Positions 18,794-28,940 of a stretch of 64,000 nt of DNA are shown here, in pieces. The notes beneath the pieces are model-generated. The model saw only the letters and a list, made by a program, of their open reading frames with translations, searched no databases and was not told the origin of the DNA. Positions within the stretch are counted from its first letter, which is position 1. Every line of letters starts with the position of its first letter. The DNA comes from Escherichia coli. Lineage in GTDB: Bacteria; Pseudomonadota; Gammaproteobacteria; Enterobacterales; Enterobacteriaceae. Made by a program: the position numbers and the translations under genes. The stretch lies in assembly GCF_041248615.1 (NCBI RefSeq), contig NZ_CP158425.1; one strand, 5' to 3'.

Positions 18794-19215
18794 CCTCGCG
18801 CATACAGCCGGGCAGTGACGTCATCGTCTGCGCGGAAATGGACGAACAGTGGGGATACGTCGGGGCTAAATCGCGCCAGCGCTGGCTGTTTTACGCGTAT
18901 GACAGGCTCCGGAAGACGGTTGTTGCGCACGTATTCGGTGAACGCACTATGGCGACGCTGGGGCGTCTTATGAGCCTGCTGTCACCCTTTGACGTGGTGA
19001 TATGGATGACGGATGGCTGGCCGCTGTATGAATCCCGCCTGAAGGGAAAGCTGCACGTAATCAGCAAGCGATATACGCAGCGAATTGAGCGGCATAACCT
19101 GAATCTGAGGCAGCACCTGGCACGGCTGGGACGGAAGTCGCTGTCGTTCTCAAAATCGGTGGAGCTGCATGACAAAGTCATCGGGCATTATCTGAACATA
19201 AAACACTATCAATAA
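18712..19215 (+). CDS. insB: IS1 InsB reading frame (expressed as InsAB' by frameshift)
   Basis: 167 aa ORF overlapping insA. Confidence 0.9.
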   Translation: MPGNRPHYGRWPQHDFPPFKKLRPQSVTSRIQPGSDVIVCAEMDEQWGYVGAKSRQRWLFYAYDRLRKTVVAHVFGERTMATLGRLMSLLSPFDVVIWMTDGWPLYESRLKGKLHVISKRYTQRIERHNLNLRQHLARLGRKSLSFSKSVELHDKVIGHYLNIKHYQ

Positions 19216-19230
19216 GTTGGAGTCATTACC

Positions 19231-20737
19231 CTCCCCTCAAAGCCATATCACGTACGTTAATCCTGACTTCATTAAAATCAGTGGTTTCACTGAGGAAGAA
19301 CTATTAGGCCAGCCTCACAACATCGTAAGACACCCAGATATGCCGCCTGCTGCATTTGAGCATATGTGGAGTACATTAAAATCTGGCCGCTCATGGATGG
19401 GGCTAGTAAAAAATCGCTGTAAAAATGGCGACCACTATTGGGTAAGTGCTTATGTAACGCCAATAGCTAAGAATGGTTCGATTGTTGAATACCAGTCTGT
19501 AAGGACCAAGCCTGAACCTGAGCAGGTTTTGGCTGCGGAAAAATTATATGCTCAATTGAGAAGCGGGAAGGCCGCGAGGCCGAAATTGGCTGCTAGCTTT
19601 TCCGTGAAAATACTCTTGCTCATATGGGGTAGTATTATATCAAGCGCAATGGCTGCCGGCATGCTTACTGATACATCAATAAGCAGCTTATTGTTAGCCA
19701 CTTTAATGTCAGGAAGCTTAAGCTCTGTTAGTGTTTTGGCTATTCTCTCTCCTCTTGGAAGACTGGTTGAAAGAGCCAGGAATATTTCCAATAACCCATT
19801 AAGTCAATCCCTCTACACTGGGCGCACCGATGAGTTTGGCCAAATAGAGTTTGCTTTACGAATGATGCAAGCTGAAACAGGCGCCATAGTAGGTCGCATA
19901 GGTGATGCATCAAATCGGCTTAGCGAACACACCCGAGGCCTACTAAAGGATATTGAGTCAAGCAATGTACTTACAGTTGAGCAGCAGGCAGAGACAGATC
20001 AAATAGCAACGGCAGTAAACCAAATGGTGGCAAGCATTCAAGAGGTTGCGAGCAATGCACAGCATGCTGCAGATGCGGCCGGAAGAGCAGACACTGAGAC
20101 GGCATCTGGCCAGCGTCTGGTAGCCCACACAAGCCAGTCAATCACTGCCCTTGAAGGTGAAATTAGGCAAGCCACTCAGGTTATTCATGAGCTTGAAGGT
20201 CAAAGTAACGAGATATCAAAAGTTCTTGACGTTATACGAGGGATCGCCGAGCAAACGAATTTGTTGGCACTCAACGCAGCAATTGAGGCCGCGCGTGCTG
20301 GTGAGCAGGGGCGTGGTTTTGCTGTTGTCGCCGATGAGGTTCGCAGTCTTGCTGCTCGCACACAGCAATCGACAACGGATATTCAAAGCATGATCAGCGC
20401 TCTACAAGAGCGAGCGCAATCCGCTGTTACAGTCATGGAGCAAAGTAGTCGGCAAGCGCACACGAGTGTAGCTCACGCAGAGGAAGCAGCTACAGCTCTT
20501 GATGGAATTGGCCAACGCGTTAACGAAATTACCGACATGAACGCGCAAATAGCGACTGCGGTCGAGCAGCAGGGAGCAGTAAGTGAAGACATAAACCGCA
20601 GTATTATCAATATACGCGATGCTGCTGATACCAATGTACAGACCGGGCAGAATAATTTGCAAAGTGCGAAATCTGTCGCTCAGTTAACTAGCGCTCTGAG
20701 CGAACTGGCAAAACAGTTTTGGGAAAAACGAGGATAA
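19231..20737 (+). pseudogene. aer: aerotaxis-receptor-like PAS/methyl-accepting chemotaxis protein, 5'-truncated by IS1
   Basis: [16 protein letters not shown] segment and MCP signalling domain resemble Aer; first ~25 codons missing, frame starts at the IS1 boundary. Confidence 0.7.
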
Positions 20738-20870
20738 CGCTTTTCAGTATCTCGACAGGGATAACTTACTTTACCATCGGTTATCCCTTTTAGCCGCACA
20801 AATTTTAGCCATGGCTTTTCAGGAAGTCAGGGCTATCAGAATGGCCTTAGAAAGCCTAGTCAAAGAGCTG

Positions 20871-21671
20871 TCACGAGAACACCGTTAGCTTAGCGTACGA
20901 TTTTTTCCGAATTCTGCGGTTCCCCCTTAAATACCTTCCGATGGACTTAAACCTTGCCGCTGCAACTTCCTCGAAATAGGGCAGCATTCTTTTGCTGGCA
21001 TTAGCGATTGCCTGCGTTCGTTGTGTGATGATTTTGCTGATGGCTGTGCTGATCTGCCCTTCTTTTAAGGCCGCTTCTCTGATTTGTTCAATGCGGGTAT
21101 CTGAAATACCAGAGGACAGAGCATTCTGAACTGATCCAATTGCCAAGGAAGTGACCGCCTGCTGCTCTTGAGAGGGCACTAACGCAACGCTAATGCCCGT
21201 CACAGGGTTTTCACGGTCATCTGTACCTAATTGCTCAATCGCGAGGTCACGGAGCCCCTGAGCATCACTCACGAGGGCTGTAAGCGATGCCTGTAGGCTA
21301 TTCACTTCTTCCTGAGCTTGTCTGAGTTCAGCATCCCGGATTACCTTATGGTCGGGTTCAAATACAAAACTGGACAGAAAATCCTTAACCAGGAAGCGAT
21401 GCTCTCGCATTTCTTTGCCACGTTCCCTACGGTAGCCACTGCTGTCTTCAGTGACAATAGCAACAGTCTGACCGTAAACGCGGGGATGGGCGCGTAGAAT
21501 TACTGTATGCAGCTTATCTTCAACGTAACGCAAAGACGTAATGAGCAGTGTATCCCCTGCCACAATACCCTCTTCAGGGATGCTGTCAGTGGACGTCCAG
21601 TACTGACCCGCCAGCAAAGAATGAAATCGCTCTAAACGGTCAATGCTATTTTTGCTGACCAGGTCACCCAT
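20871..21671 (-). CDS. hypothetical protein (266 aa)
   Basis: ORF with GGAAGGA upstream of the ATG; no recognisable motif. Confidence 0.5.
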   Translation of the reverse strand: MGDLVSKNSIDRLERFHSLLAGQYWTSTDSIPEEGIVAGDTLLITSLRYVEDKLHTVILRAHPRVYGQTVAIVTEDSSGYRRERGKEMREHRFLVKDFLSSFVFEPDHKVIRDAELRQAQEEVNSLQASLTALVSDAQGLRDLAIEQLGTDDRENPVTGISVALVPSQEQQAVTSLAIGSVQNALSSGISDTRIEQIREAALKEGQISTAISKIITQRTQAIANASKRMLPYFEEVAAARFKSIGRYLRGNRRIRKKSYAKLTVFS

Positions 21672-21864
21672 ATACTTTTCCTTCCAGATTCGTGTGTTAG
21701 GTGAATCATACCAGATTGCCCTTGCCGTCTAATAACGCAGAAAACTGTGAATCCAAAATTCCTTAAATTCAAACCTGTCCAATATAAAAGATGGCTCTTT
21801 TTCTTATCCAGTGTTAAGCGATAATGCTCAATTTTATTTCATTATTGTCAGAATCAAAATAATC

Positions 21865-21896
21865 TGAAAATAAAAAAGGCTTCAGAATTGAAGCCT
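21865..21896 (-). terminator. rho-independent terminator after the 118-aa gene
   Basis: Stem AGGCTTCA / TGAAGCCT followed by a T-run on the minus strand. Confidence 0.5.
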
Positions 21897-21921
21897 CTAT
21901 ATTATACAACGTGAATGTATT

Positions 21922-22278
21922 TTATTTATCTTTCACCGGGTTCATTTCCCAGTATCTTTCACGTACGTTTTCTTGGCAATGGTCCGCTCGCTCCGGCGTG
22001 TCCCTTTTACGAGTAGCAAATGCTTCAATTACGGCATTCAAGTCTTTTTCTTTGATTTTAGATCCAACAGGCAAGTTTTCTTCAAACTCAGTCCTTACCA
22101 GTTCTTTCGTTTTTTTATAATCGGTTTCACTTTGGATTTCAGGTTTTAAACAAATATCGGCAACCATCACATCTGATTTGCCCGGGATCGGTTTTTTCCC
22201 GTTTTCAGATGCAAGGACCGCAGAGGAGGTAAAGGCGACAGACAGAGTTGCACATAACAGAAGGTATTTTAATTTCAT
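21922..22278 (-). CDS. hypothetical secreted protein (118 aa, signal peptide)
   Basis: N-terminal MKLKYLLLCATLSVAFTSSAVLA signal-like sequence; GGAG upstream. Confidence 0.5.
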   Translation of the reverse strand: MKLKYLLLCATLSVAFTSSAVLASENGKKPIPGKSDVMVADICLKPEIQSETDYKKTKELVRTEFEENLPVGSKIKEKDLNAVIEAFATRKRDTPERADHCQENVRERYWEMNPVKDK

Positions 22279-22427
22279 GACTCACTCCATGATTATCAAT
22301 GATGGTTGCTCAGACACATCATTTATACCATGCCTGTCACCGAATACGAGATCCCCATATTTTGGCTTTAAATATTATCCAATAGGGTTTCATACACCTG
22401 GCTTCTGAAAGCAAGGTTCAAGGAGCT

Positions 22428-23045
22428 TCAGGGGGAAATCAGATTGTTGTCGACCCAGTACTTGTGCAAACCTACCACCCAATTCCTGGAAATGGACGAA
22501 AGTTCATGCGCCAGTTCACGACAGCATTCAGGCGTAAAAATACGTATGGGTCCTGAAGTACCGATATCAACAGACATGATAAACTCCAGAATGTTGCCAT
22601 GGCATAGGTTGTTTCTCAGCCTGACAATTTCTGCTTCAGGTGTTCTCCCGGCTGCTACCTTAACCAACATATCCTGCTCGGCTGGAAATGAAAGTAATTC
22701 TACCGGCACCCCTTCCTGCTTGGCCTTTCTCAGTAAGGCATTACTCATTACGGAGATACCCTCCAAGTCCACCAGCTCAGGAGCTGCATGCTGATCGTTA
22801 ACTGTTGGTTTCAGCATCAGCGACTTCAACGTAACCATGAGTGATGTTTCAATCCCGTTCAGGAAGCTCGTACAGGCCGGTATCCATAGTTCGTGATGCA
22901 ACGCCTCGGTTGCTTGTTTAAAGAACCAGTCAATCACGGGGACAGTGTGATAATCATAATAGTGATTTATCTCGCTGAATCTTGACATATAAGCATCGTA
23001 CTCAGCCTGGTCTTCAGGAGATAAAAAATTTGGTGGGAGGGGCAT
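22428..23045 (-). CDS. hypothetical protein with HEPN-like Rx4HG motif (205 aa)
   Basis: RNNLCHG motif near C-terminus; otherwise unassigned. Confidence 0.45.
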   Translation of the reverse strand: MPLPPNFLSPEDQAEYDAYMSRFSEINHYYDYHTVPVIDWFFKQATEALHHELWIPACTSFLNGIETSLMVTLKSLMLKPTVNDQHAAPELVDLEGISVMSNALLRKAKQEGVPVELLSFPAEQDMLVKVAAGRTPEAEIVRLRNNLCHGNILEFIMSVDIGTSGPIRIFTPECCRELAHELSSISRNWVVGLHKYWVDNNLISP

Positions 23046-23199
23046 CAGAATCCTTTCATCCTAGCTTGTATACCTTCTTCGTAGGCCAGCTCGCCATTAT
23101 CGGTAAAAGATGGTTTTTGGTGTTTGTGACAAAGCTTAATTTTTCGTCAGGCTCGATAGCGTTACCGGAGAGATTTGATCTTTTCTCTGTAACTCGCAA

Positions 23200-23219
23200 T
23201 ACTGTTTATACATACAGTA
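23200..23219 (+). promoter_or_regulatory. LexA (SOS) box upstream of the umuD-like gene
   Basis: TACTGTTTATACATACAGTA = CTGT-N8-ACAG consensus, 20 bp upstream of the ATG. Confidence 0.75.
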
Positions 23220-23238
23220 TGAGAATTCGAGTGTAGCT

Positions 23239-23673
23239 ATGTCTGTTATCCTTGAGCACATTAGCAACAAGCCTTACGAAATGGCACCTTTTTTCAGTGA
23301 TTTACTGAGCTGTGGAGTGATGAGTCCGTGCGCCGGGCATGAAGATAATGAATTAAATTTGCATGAATATGTAGTCCGTAACCGCCCCTCAACCTTCTTT
23401 GTCAGGGCGGCGGGCCTCAGTATGATCAATGCCGGTATCAATGATGGCGCTATTCTGGTTGTGGATCGGTCTTTAACGGCACGACACGGCTCTATCGTCG
23501 TTGCGCTGGTGGATGGAGAGTTCACGGTAAAGATCTTACACACGTATCCTGAGCTGCTTTTGATGCCTTCTAATCCAGCCTATAAGCCGATACGTGTAAA
23601 TCCCGAATCCCTTGAGATATGGGGCGTCGTCACCTTTGCACTGAATCAGTTTAGCCATGTACATGCACGTTGA
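23239..23673 (+). CDS. umuD: UmuD/MucA-like translesion-synthesis accessory protein (S24 peptidase)
   Basis: 144 aa; Cys-Gly cleavage-site region, Ser in AGLSM and Lys in GEFTVK as in UmuD. Confidence 0.85.
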   Translation: MSVILEHISNKPYEMAPFFSDLLSCGVMSPCAGHEDNELNLHEYVVRNRPSTFFVRAAGLSMINAGINDGAILVVDRSLTARHGSIVVALVDGEFTVKILHTYPELLLMPSNPAYKPIRVNPESLEIWGVVTFALNQFSHVHAR

Positions 23674-24916
23674 TATTAACGGGGCCTATGCGGCATTTGA
23701 GTGTGCGATGGATCCCAAGCTGGCAAAAAAGCCGCTCATCATAGCCAGCAATAACGATTCGTCCGTCATTGCAATGAATAAACTGGCTAAAAGCGTTGGT
23801 ATTAAGCGTGGGACCCCAATTTTTAAGTGCAGGGATTTGATTCAGCAACACCAGATCGAAGTCCGGAGCTCTAACTTTACTTTGTATGAAGACTACTCAA
23901 ATCGCTTCCATGAAACGCTGGAAAGCTTCGCGCCTCAATCGAGTCGATATAGCATAGATGAAAATTTCATGTTATTGAAAAACATGAACAAGATAATAGA
24001 TTATGAAGATTACGGCCGGTTGATCAGAAGTACACTTCTTCATAATCTGTCCCTTACCTGTGGTGTGGGGTGTTCAAGCACCAAAACCCTGGCTAAATTA
24101 TGCACCTATGCGAGCAAACGATGGGCAGCTACAGGCGGGGTTGTAGTTTTGACTGATCAGGCCAGGATCAGGAAGCTCCTGGGCCTTATCAGTACCAGAG
24201 AAATATGGGGTATTGGTCAAAAGATCAGTGAACGCCTGTCGGCTTTCGGGATCATCACTGCCGGTGATTTTTATAATAGCGACGTTCGCTTTTTACGTAA
24301 AAGCTTTGGCGTTGAAATCGAGCGTACCTGGCGGGAACTGCATGGCGAACCATGTTTCCGGCTGCATGAATCCCCTCCTGTCCGGCAACAGATTATCGTT
24401 TCCAGAAGTTTTGGTCAGCGCCTTAATGAGATAGGCAAGCTACATGAGGCAGTTTCATTTTTTACCGCCCGGGCGGCAGAGCAGCTGCGCAAGGATGGCT
24501 CGTGGACCCGTCAAATCACAGTCTTCATTCAGAGCAGCAATTATGCGCAAGGTGAAAACCGCTACAGCAATTGTGGTATCGAGCCGCTTACCGCTACACA
24601 GGACACCCGCGATCTGGTTGATGCAGCCATGACCATCCTGAACCGCATTTACAAACCCGGGATAGCGTATGCGAAAGCTGGGGTAATGCTCTCCGCTATG
24701 ACTGACGGCACAGAGCAACTCAGCCTGTTTGATGAGCGCCCGGCCAGGCCTGGCAGTCAGGCACTGATGAAAGTTATGGACCGGTTCAATAAAGAAAAGC
24801 GCGGAGCTCTGTTTTTGCTGGGGGAAGGCATTCAACAGGATTTTCGTATGAAACAGGCCATGCTATCACCGAGATATACGACCCGCTGGGATGAATTACT
24901 CGTTGTAAAAGCGTAG
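23657..24916 (+). CDS. umuC: UmuC/MucB-like Y-family DNA polymerase
   Basis: 419 aa; N-terminal D..NGAYAA, SIDENF, and C-terminal LSPRYTTRWDELLVVKA resemble UmuC. Confidence 0.9.
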   Translation: MYMHVDINGAYAAFECAMDPKLAKKPLIIASNNDSSVIAMNKLAKSVGIKRGTPIFKCRDLIQQHQIEVRSSNFTLYEDYSNRFHETLESFAPQSSRYSIDENFMLLKNMNKIIDYEDYGRLIRSTLLHNLSLTCGVGCSSTKTLAKLCTYASKRWAATGGVVVLTDQARIRKLLGLISTREIWGIGQKISERLSAFGIITAGDFYNSDVRFLRKSFGVEIERTWRELHGEPCFRLHESPPVRQQIIVSRSFGQRLNEIGKLHEAVSFFTARAAEQLRKDGSWTRQITVFIQSSNYAQGENRYSNCGIEPLTATQDTRDLVDAAMTILNRIYKPGIAYAKAGVMLSAMTDGTEQLSLFDERPARPGSQALMKVMDRFNKEKRGALFLLGEGIQQDFRMKQAMLSPRYTTRWDELLVVKA

Positions 24917-24961
24917 CGGCCATGACCGGCATGGCCGTACTCATCAAAAGTGAAAGTAACT

Positions 24962-25771
24962 TTAGGCCCCGCGAGCTTTTTCGATTGCGCCCTGCAAAGT
25001 TGCTGCGTCCATAGCCCCGGGGATAAATGTGGTAGTCGCCGCATTCGGCTTTTTCATATTCATAATGATGAAGCCGGGTGTGCCGGTGATCCCAAGCGCT
25101 TCGCCCAGCTGCATGTTGCCGGAGATCACGTTTTCATATCGGTTTTTTTCCCTGTCAGAAAACGTGCTGTTAAACCCTGACTTATCCACCACAGTATTAA
25201 AGTCGCTGAGTTCGAATTTGCGTTGAGAGGTCATGAAGGTATGAGCCACAGCCATCAGGTTGTTGTGGTATTTACGATAGGCTTCAGCACCGAAATTCTG
25301 ATAGACGTGCAGACCCGTAGCGGCCCCCATGGCAGATACAGGTTTTGAACCGGCAAAAATCGGGAATTCTTTAAAGAAGAATTTTACATCTTTGCTCTGA
25401 TTCATTACCGATTCAACAACAGGTGTAACCCGCATGCAGTAAATACACTGATAGTCGAAGAACTCGATTACCGCGACGTCGGCGTCATCCGGGCCGATGT
25501 TTGGCGTCTCCTTGGTATCCAGCAGAGCTGGCGCATATGGAATTATTCGTTCCACTGAGGCACTTACGTTCTGATTTTCCAGCGCCTTACCTGCTTCCAC
25601 TAAATAATGGGGATTTTTTACCAGGTAAGTAGCGGCAATTTTGCCAATTTCTTCCTCACTGAGCACCTTCGGTTTAAAATAAGTTGCCGCGATTAACGCC
25701 GAGGCAGCGGTAGCAATTACCGCAGAAATTAAAATCGTGGCCATCGGTTTTAAATAAAATTCTTTAGACAT
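24962..25771 (-). CDS. DsbA-family thiol:disulfide oxidoreductase-like protein
   Basis: 269 aa with CIYC (CxxC) active-site motif and N-terminal membrane anchor. Confidence 0.65.
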   Translation of the reverse strand: MSKEFYLKPMATILISAVIATAASALIAATYFKPKVLSEEEIGKIAATYLVKNPHYLVEAGKALENQNVSASVERIIPYAPALLDTKETPNIGPDDADVAVIEFFDYQCIYCMRVTPVVESVMNQSKDVKFFFKEFPIFAGSKPVSAMGAATGLHVYQNFGAEAYRKYHNNLMAVAHTFMTSQRKFELSDFNTVVDKSGFNSTFSDREKNRYENVISGNMQLGEALGITGTPGFIIMNMKKPNAATTTFIPGAMDAATLQGAIEKARGA

Positions 25772-25877
25772 AGCTACCTTTATGCTTTTCAGCCTGTTAG
25801 TTATTAACCTGCGATGGATTATACTGGCCCGGTAAATCGGAATTATTCGTGAAACAATGCTTTTTGGAGATTAAAGG

Positions 25878-26489
25878 ATGATTAGGCAGGGCTTTATACT
25901 CACAACCGCAATGCTTTTGAGTGGTTGTGGATATCATTTCGCAAACCAGGTAGATGCGTACGATCTAATGCCTCGTCCTGTTACAAATAAAAGGTTTCAG
26001 ATAGTCCCTCCGGACGAAAGTATTCAGTCCAGAATGTTTTCAGGCCGTTTTGCTGATGGATTAGCAAAAAAAGGAGTCATTATTTCCACTCACCAGCCAG
26101 ATTATGTGCTCAGGTTCCGAATGAGCAGCTCACAGGAGAACATGCAGTATAGCGAGCAGCTTCTTACTGGGGTGACAGGCTACGTTGTAGATAAAAAGAC
26201 AACGAGAACTGACAAGCATGGCGAATCGCATACTGACTATGACTACAGGCCGGTCGATGGGGTAATAGGCACTGAGACGATGTCGCAGATGCACTATATG
26301 CGACAGCTGGATGTCGAGGTATACCCGTCAGCGAAAGGAGCAAAGCAGGTTCTGAAAGTGAGTATGCAAAGCAATGCACCTGTGCCGTCAGACAGCATTG
26401 CTTATTCAGCAATGATCGACGCCTTTACTGATAAATTTGATGCGCCGCTGCGTTCCGGAAATTATGTTGCAGTGATCCCCTGGAACTGA
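25878..26489 (+). CDS. hypothetical lipoprotein
   Basis: Lipobox LLSGC at residues 13-17. Confidence 0.5.
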   Translation: MIRQGFILTTAMLLSGCGYHFANQVDAYDLMPRPVTNKRFQIVPPDESIQSRMFSGRFADGLAKKGVIISTHQPDYVLRFRMSSSQENMQYSEQLLTGVTGYVVDKKTTRTDKHGESHTDYDYRPVDGVIGTETMSQMHYMRQLDVEVYPSAKGAKQVLKVSMQSNAPVPSDSIAYSAMIDAFTDKFDAPLRSGNYVAVIPWN

Positions 26490-26548
26490 AAGCAGACGGC
26501 GGGAAGAGAATGTTCAAAAGTGACTTTTGGACACGCACATAAACGTGG

Positions 26549-26971
26549 CTATCGCCCTCCCCCATTAAAATCATAAAGTCGGTAAAGATCGCCCATCGTG
26601 ATGGAATTGGGCTTATTAATGATTAGATACTGTAACTGTTCTTTATGTTGAGTACTGGCGGCTGCATTCATAAGCACTTCCAGGTAGAACTTGTAGCCTA
26701 TGCTTCGCTCTGAATACATATACTGGAACTGCAACAGTAAAATGCCTGACATAACATACAACAGCAGCAGACTGAGTAACACAGTGCTATCAGGCTGTTC
26801 CAGTGCCATACTGACATACCCTGAACCCAGAATGCACAGAAGCCAACCCGTCATTAGAGCAGGCACCCTACGACTCAGACGTTCATAACAACGTTTTATT
26901 ACGGGATCCCGGAGATACTTTTTGTCAGGTATCCCCGTTGCCCTGATGACGAAGTTACTGAGTATCGACAT
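26549..26971 (-). CDS. hypothetical membrane protein
   Basis: 140 aa ORF with hydrophobic segments. Confidence 0.4.
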   Translation of the reverse strand: MSILSNFVIRATGIPDKKYLRDPVIKRCYERLSRRVPALMTGWLLCILGSGYVSMALEQPDSTVLLSLLLLYVMSGILLLQFQYMYSERSIGYKFYLEVLMNAAASTQHKEQLQYLIINKPNSITMGDLYRLYDFNGGGR

Positions 26972-27004
26972 CTTTTTTCCTTCTGGACGCTCTCAGTCAA
27001 TAAA

Positions 27005-27403
27005 TCAGGCCAGGCGCTCATTGAAAGCTACCACGAGCTGCGAATCGGGATTTTTTACCAGTTCGGGCCGGATAACTTTTAGTTGCCTCGTTGGGGCGAG
27101 CTCATCTGTAGGCCTGATGGTGGTATTACCCGGCCCCTTGCGGGTACTGTCGGTGTTTACCTTGAGCTTTTTATTTCCCAGGTAGCTTTCCATCTTTTTA
27201 GAGATGGTGTCACCTGTGGTCGCAACACCAGAGAGTTCCTTTAGTTGTTCACCTTGATCCATTTGTACCGATGACATCAGAAATACGATTCCTGGATCGT
27301 TTTCCGTTCCACAGGCTCCGTACTGACATTGTGCAGCGAAAACGGGCTGTACACCTACAGCAACCAGCATTAACGTACTCAGTAAAGTAGATTTCATACA
27401 CAC
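27005..27403 (-). CDS. hypothetical secreted protein
   Basis: 132 aa, signal-peptide-like N-terminus ending VFA. Confidence 0.45.
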   Translation of the reverse strand: MCMKSTLLSTLMLVAVGVQPVFAAQCQYGACGTENDPGIVFLMSSVQMDQGEQLKELSGVATTGDTISKKMESYLGNKKLKVNTDSTRKGPGNTTIRPTDELAPTRQLKVIRPELVKNPDSQLVVAFNERLA

Positions 27404-27416
27404 CTCTTACAGTCGG

Positions 27417-27429
27417 AAAAGTTACTTTT
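27417..27429. repeat. AAAAGT-N-ACTTTT motif instance (AAAAGTTACTTTT)
   Basis: Perfect; overlaps dsbC-like stop codon, 14 bp upstream of next gene start. Confidence 0.6.
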
Positions 27430-28171
27430 GCGCAGCGCCCATTTGGGTCACCAGGTTTTCCGGGCTCAGCCACCCCGTAAATAACTGCGGTTTGCCGCTT
27501 AGTGTCACCATGGTAGGAGTACCTTGCAGCGGGATTGTTGAGGCCACCTGGAAATGCGATTTGATAATGTTTAAGCAAGCCTCATCAGGACGTCCTTCCG
27601 GGATAGTTGAAACCGGATTCATCGCTGCATCCAGAGCTTCGTTTGGCTTTGCTGAACACCAGATTTTGGCCATGTTCCCGGCTACTACCGAGTTCAGTCC
27701 TGCACGTGGGAATGCAAGAAACTTAATCGAAATACCGGCATCAAGATAAGACTTCAGATCATGATGCAGTTTTTGGCAGTATCCACAGGTTATATCGGTA
27801 AAGATAGCAAGCCGGTATTTTTCGTTTGGTGATTTGTAGTCGATGGATTTTGTTTTGGATGCGAATTCCCGGACGCCCATTAAAATGGCCTGCTCAGTGG
27901 TGTTTACCACATCTTTACCTTTCACGTGGAATAAGCTTCCGGTAAAAATGTAATCTCCGTCTTTGCTCACGTAACTTACCCCCTCCCTGGAAATCACCGT
28001 AAAAATATCTTTTACTGGCGAGGGTTCGACGTGCTCGATTGAAAGCCCAATGGCTTTGAGCTTATCCCGGGCTGCATCTGGCAGTACCATTGTATTAACC
28101 GGCTCGGCATTCATCGTGAAGGCGGTACTTAATGAAAGAAGTAATACCGATGCCTTAATAATTTTTTTCAT
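27422..28171 (-). CDS. dsbC: DsbC-like disulfide isomerase
   Basis: 249 aa; signal peptide; FTDITCGYCQKLH active site and overall similarity to DsbC. Confidence 0.85.
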   Translation of the reverse strand: MKKIIKASVLLLSLSTAFTMNAEPVNTMVLPDAARDKLKAIGLSIEHVEPSPVKDIFTVISREGVSYVSKDGDYIFTGSLFHVKGKDVVNTTEQAILMGVREFASKTKSIDYKSPNEKYRLAIFTDITCGYCQKLHHDLKSYLDAGISIKFLAFPRAGLNSVVAGNMAKIWCSAKPNEALDAAMNPVSTIPEGRPDEACLNIIKSHFQVASTIPLQGTPTMVTLSGKPQLFTGWLSPENLVTQMGAAQK

Positions 28172-28318
28172 TTATGCTCCTTGAATCGAGCACTAATATT
28201 ATCACGCCCAAAAATTCCAGAATTTTGCTTAAACGCTTAAATCAACGGGTAAAGCCGAAAGAAAGTCGATAGATATATGGGAGAATAGATAAAACGTAGA
28301 TTCAGTGGAGAAATCGTT

Positions 28319-28858
28319 GTGTTTACACCACCAGCAGATGATGTGAAACCTATTCCCGTTCCTGATGAGATTTACACTCAGTGCATTACGGATGCCGCCC
28401 GCTTCTTCGGAATTGATGCCGAACTGGTTTTTACGTTGTTTGACAATGAAGGCGGTAAGGTTGGTACTTTCAGCAGGAATACTAACGGCACTTATGATAT
28501 TGGCCCGATGCAGATCAACTCATCCAATCTGCCTGAAATAAAAAAGCATTTCCCGACTGTAACGTGGCGGGTTCTGGCTTACGATGCTTGCGCTAGTTTC
28601 TGGGTTGGAACATGGTGGCTCTACAGAAAAATTGTTGATCGCAAGGGCAATGTGTTTGAAGGGATTGCAGATTACAACAGCAAAACCCCAAAGGTACGTG
28701 CAAAGTACATATTTAACTTCATGGTAAAGTACAATCGCCGGATCCAGCAGCGTAACGGGATGGGTGAGCTTTATCAATGGACCCAACAACCTCCTCGATA
28801 CAATGGCCATATAGCTAAAAATGTCCCGGAGCAAAACCCGACTCCTGTTGTTAAATAA
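28319..28858 (+). CDS. lytic transglycosylase (transfer-associated, Slt domain)
   Basis: NEGG...GPMQIN motifs typical of plasmid X/Orf169/P19-type lytic transglycosylases. Confidence 0.7.
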   Translation: MFTPPADDVKPIPVPDEIYTQCITDAARFFGIDAELVFTLFDNEGGKVGTFSRNTNGTYDIGPMQINSSNLPEIKKHFPTVTWRVLAYDACASFWVGTWWLYRKIVDRKGNVFEGIADYNSKTPKVRAKYIFNFMVKYNRRIQQRNGMGELYQWTQQPPRYNGHIAKNVPEQNPTPVVK

Positions 28859-28940
28859 ATTCAACCTGATATTACAGAAGATCATCGAGTAGCTTGGGTA
28901 CCCCCCCGCAAAAAATTCGCATAGACTCAGGGGTAATAAA

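Larger units (their letters stand above)
18463..19230 (+). mobile_element. IS1, 768 bp
   Basis: Starts GGTGATGCTGCCAACTTACTGAT, ends ...GGAGTCATTACC; insA/insB inside; the 9-bp flanks differ (no target duplication). Confidence 0.95.
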
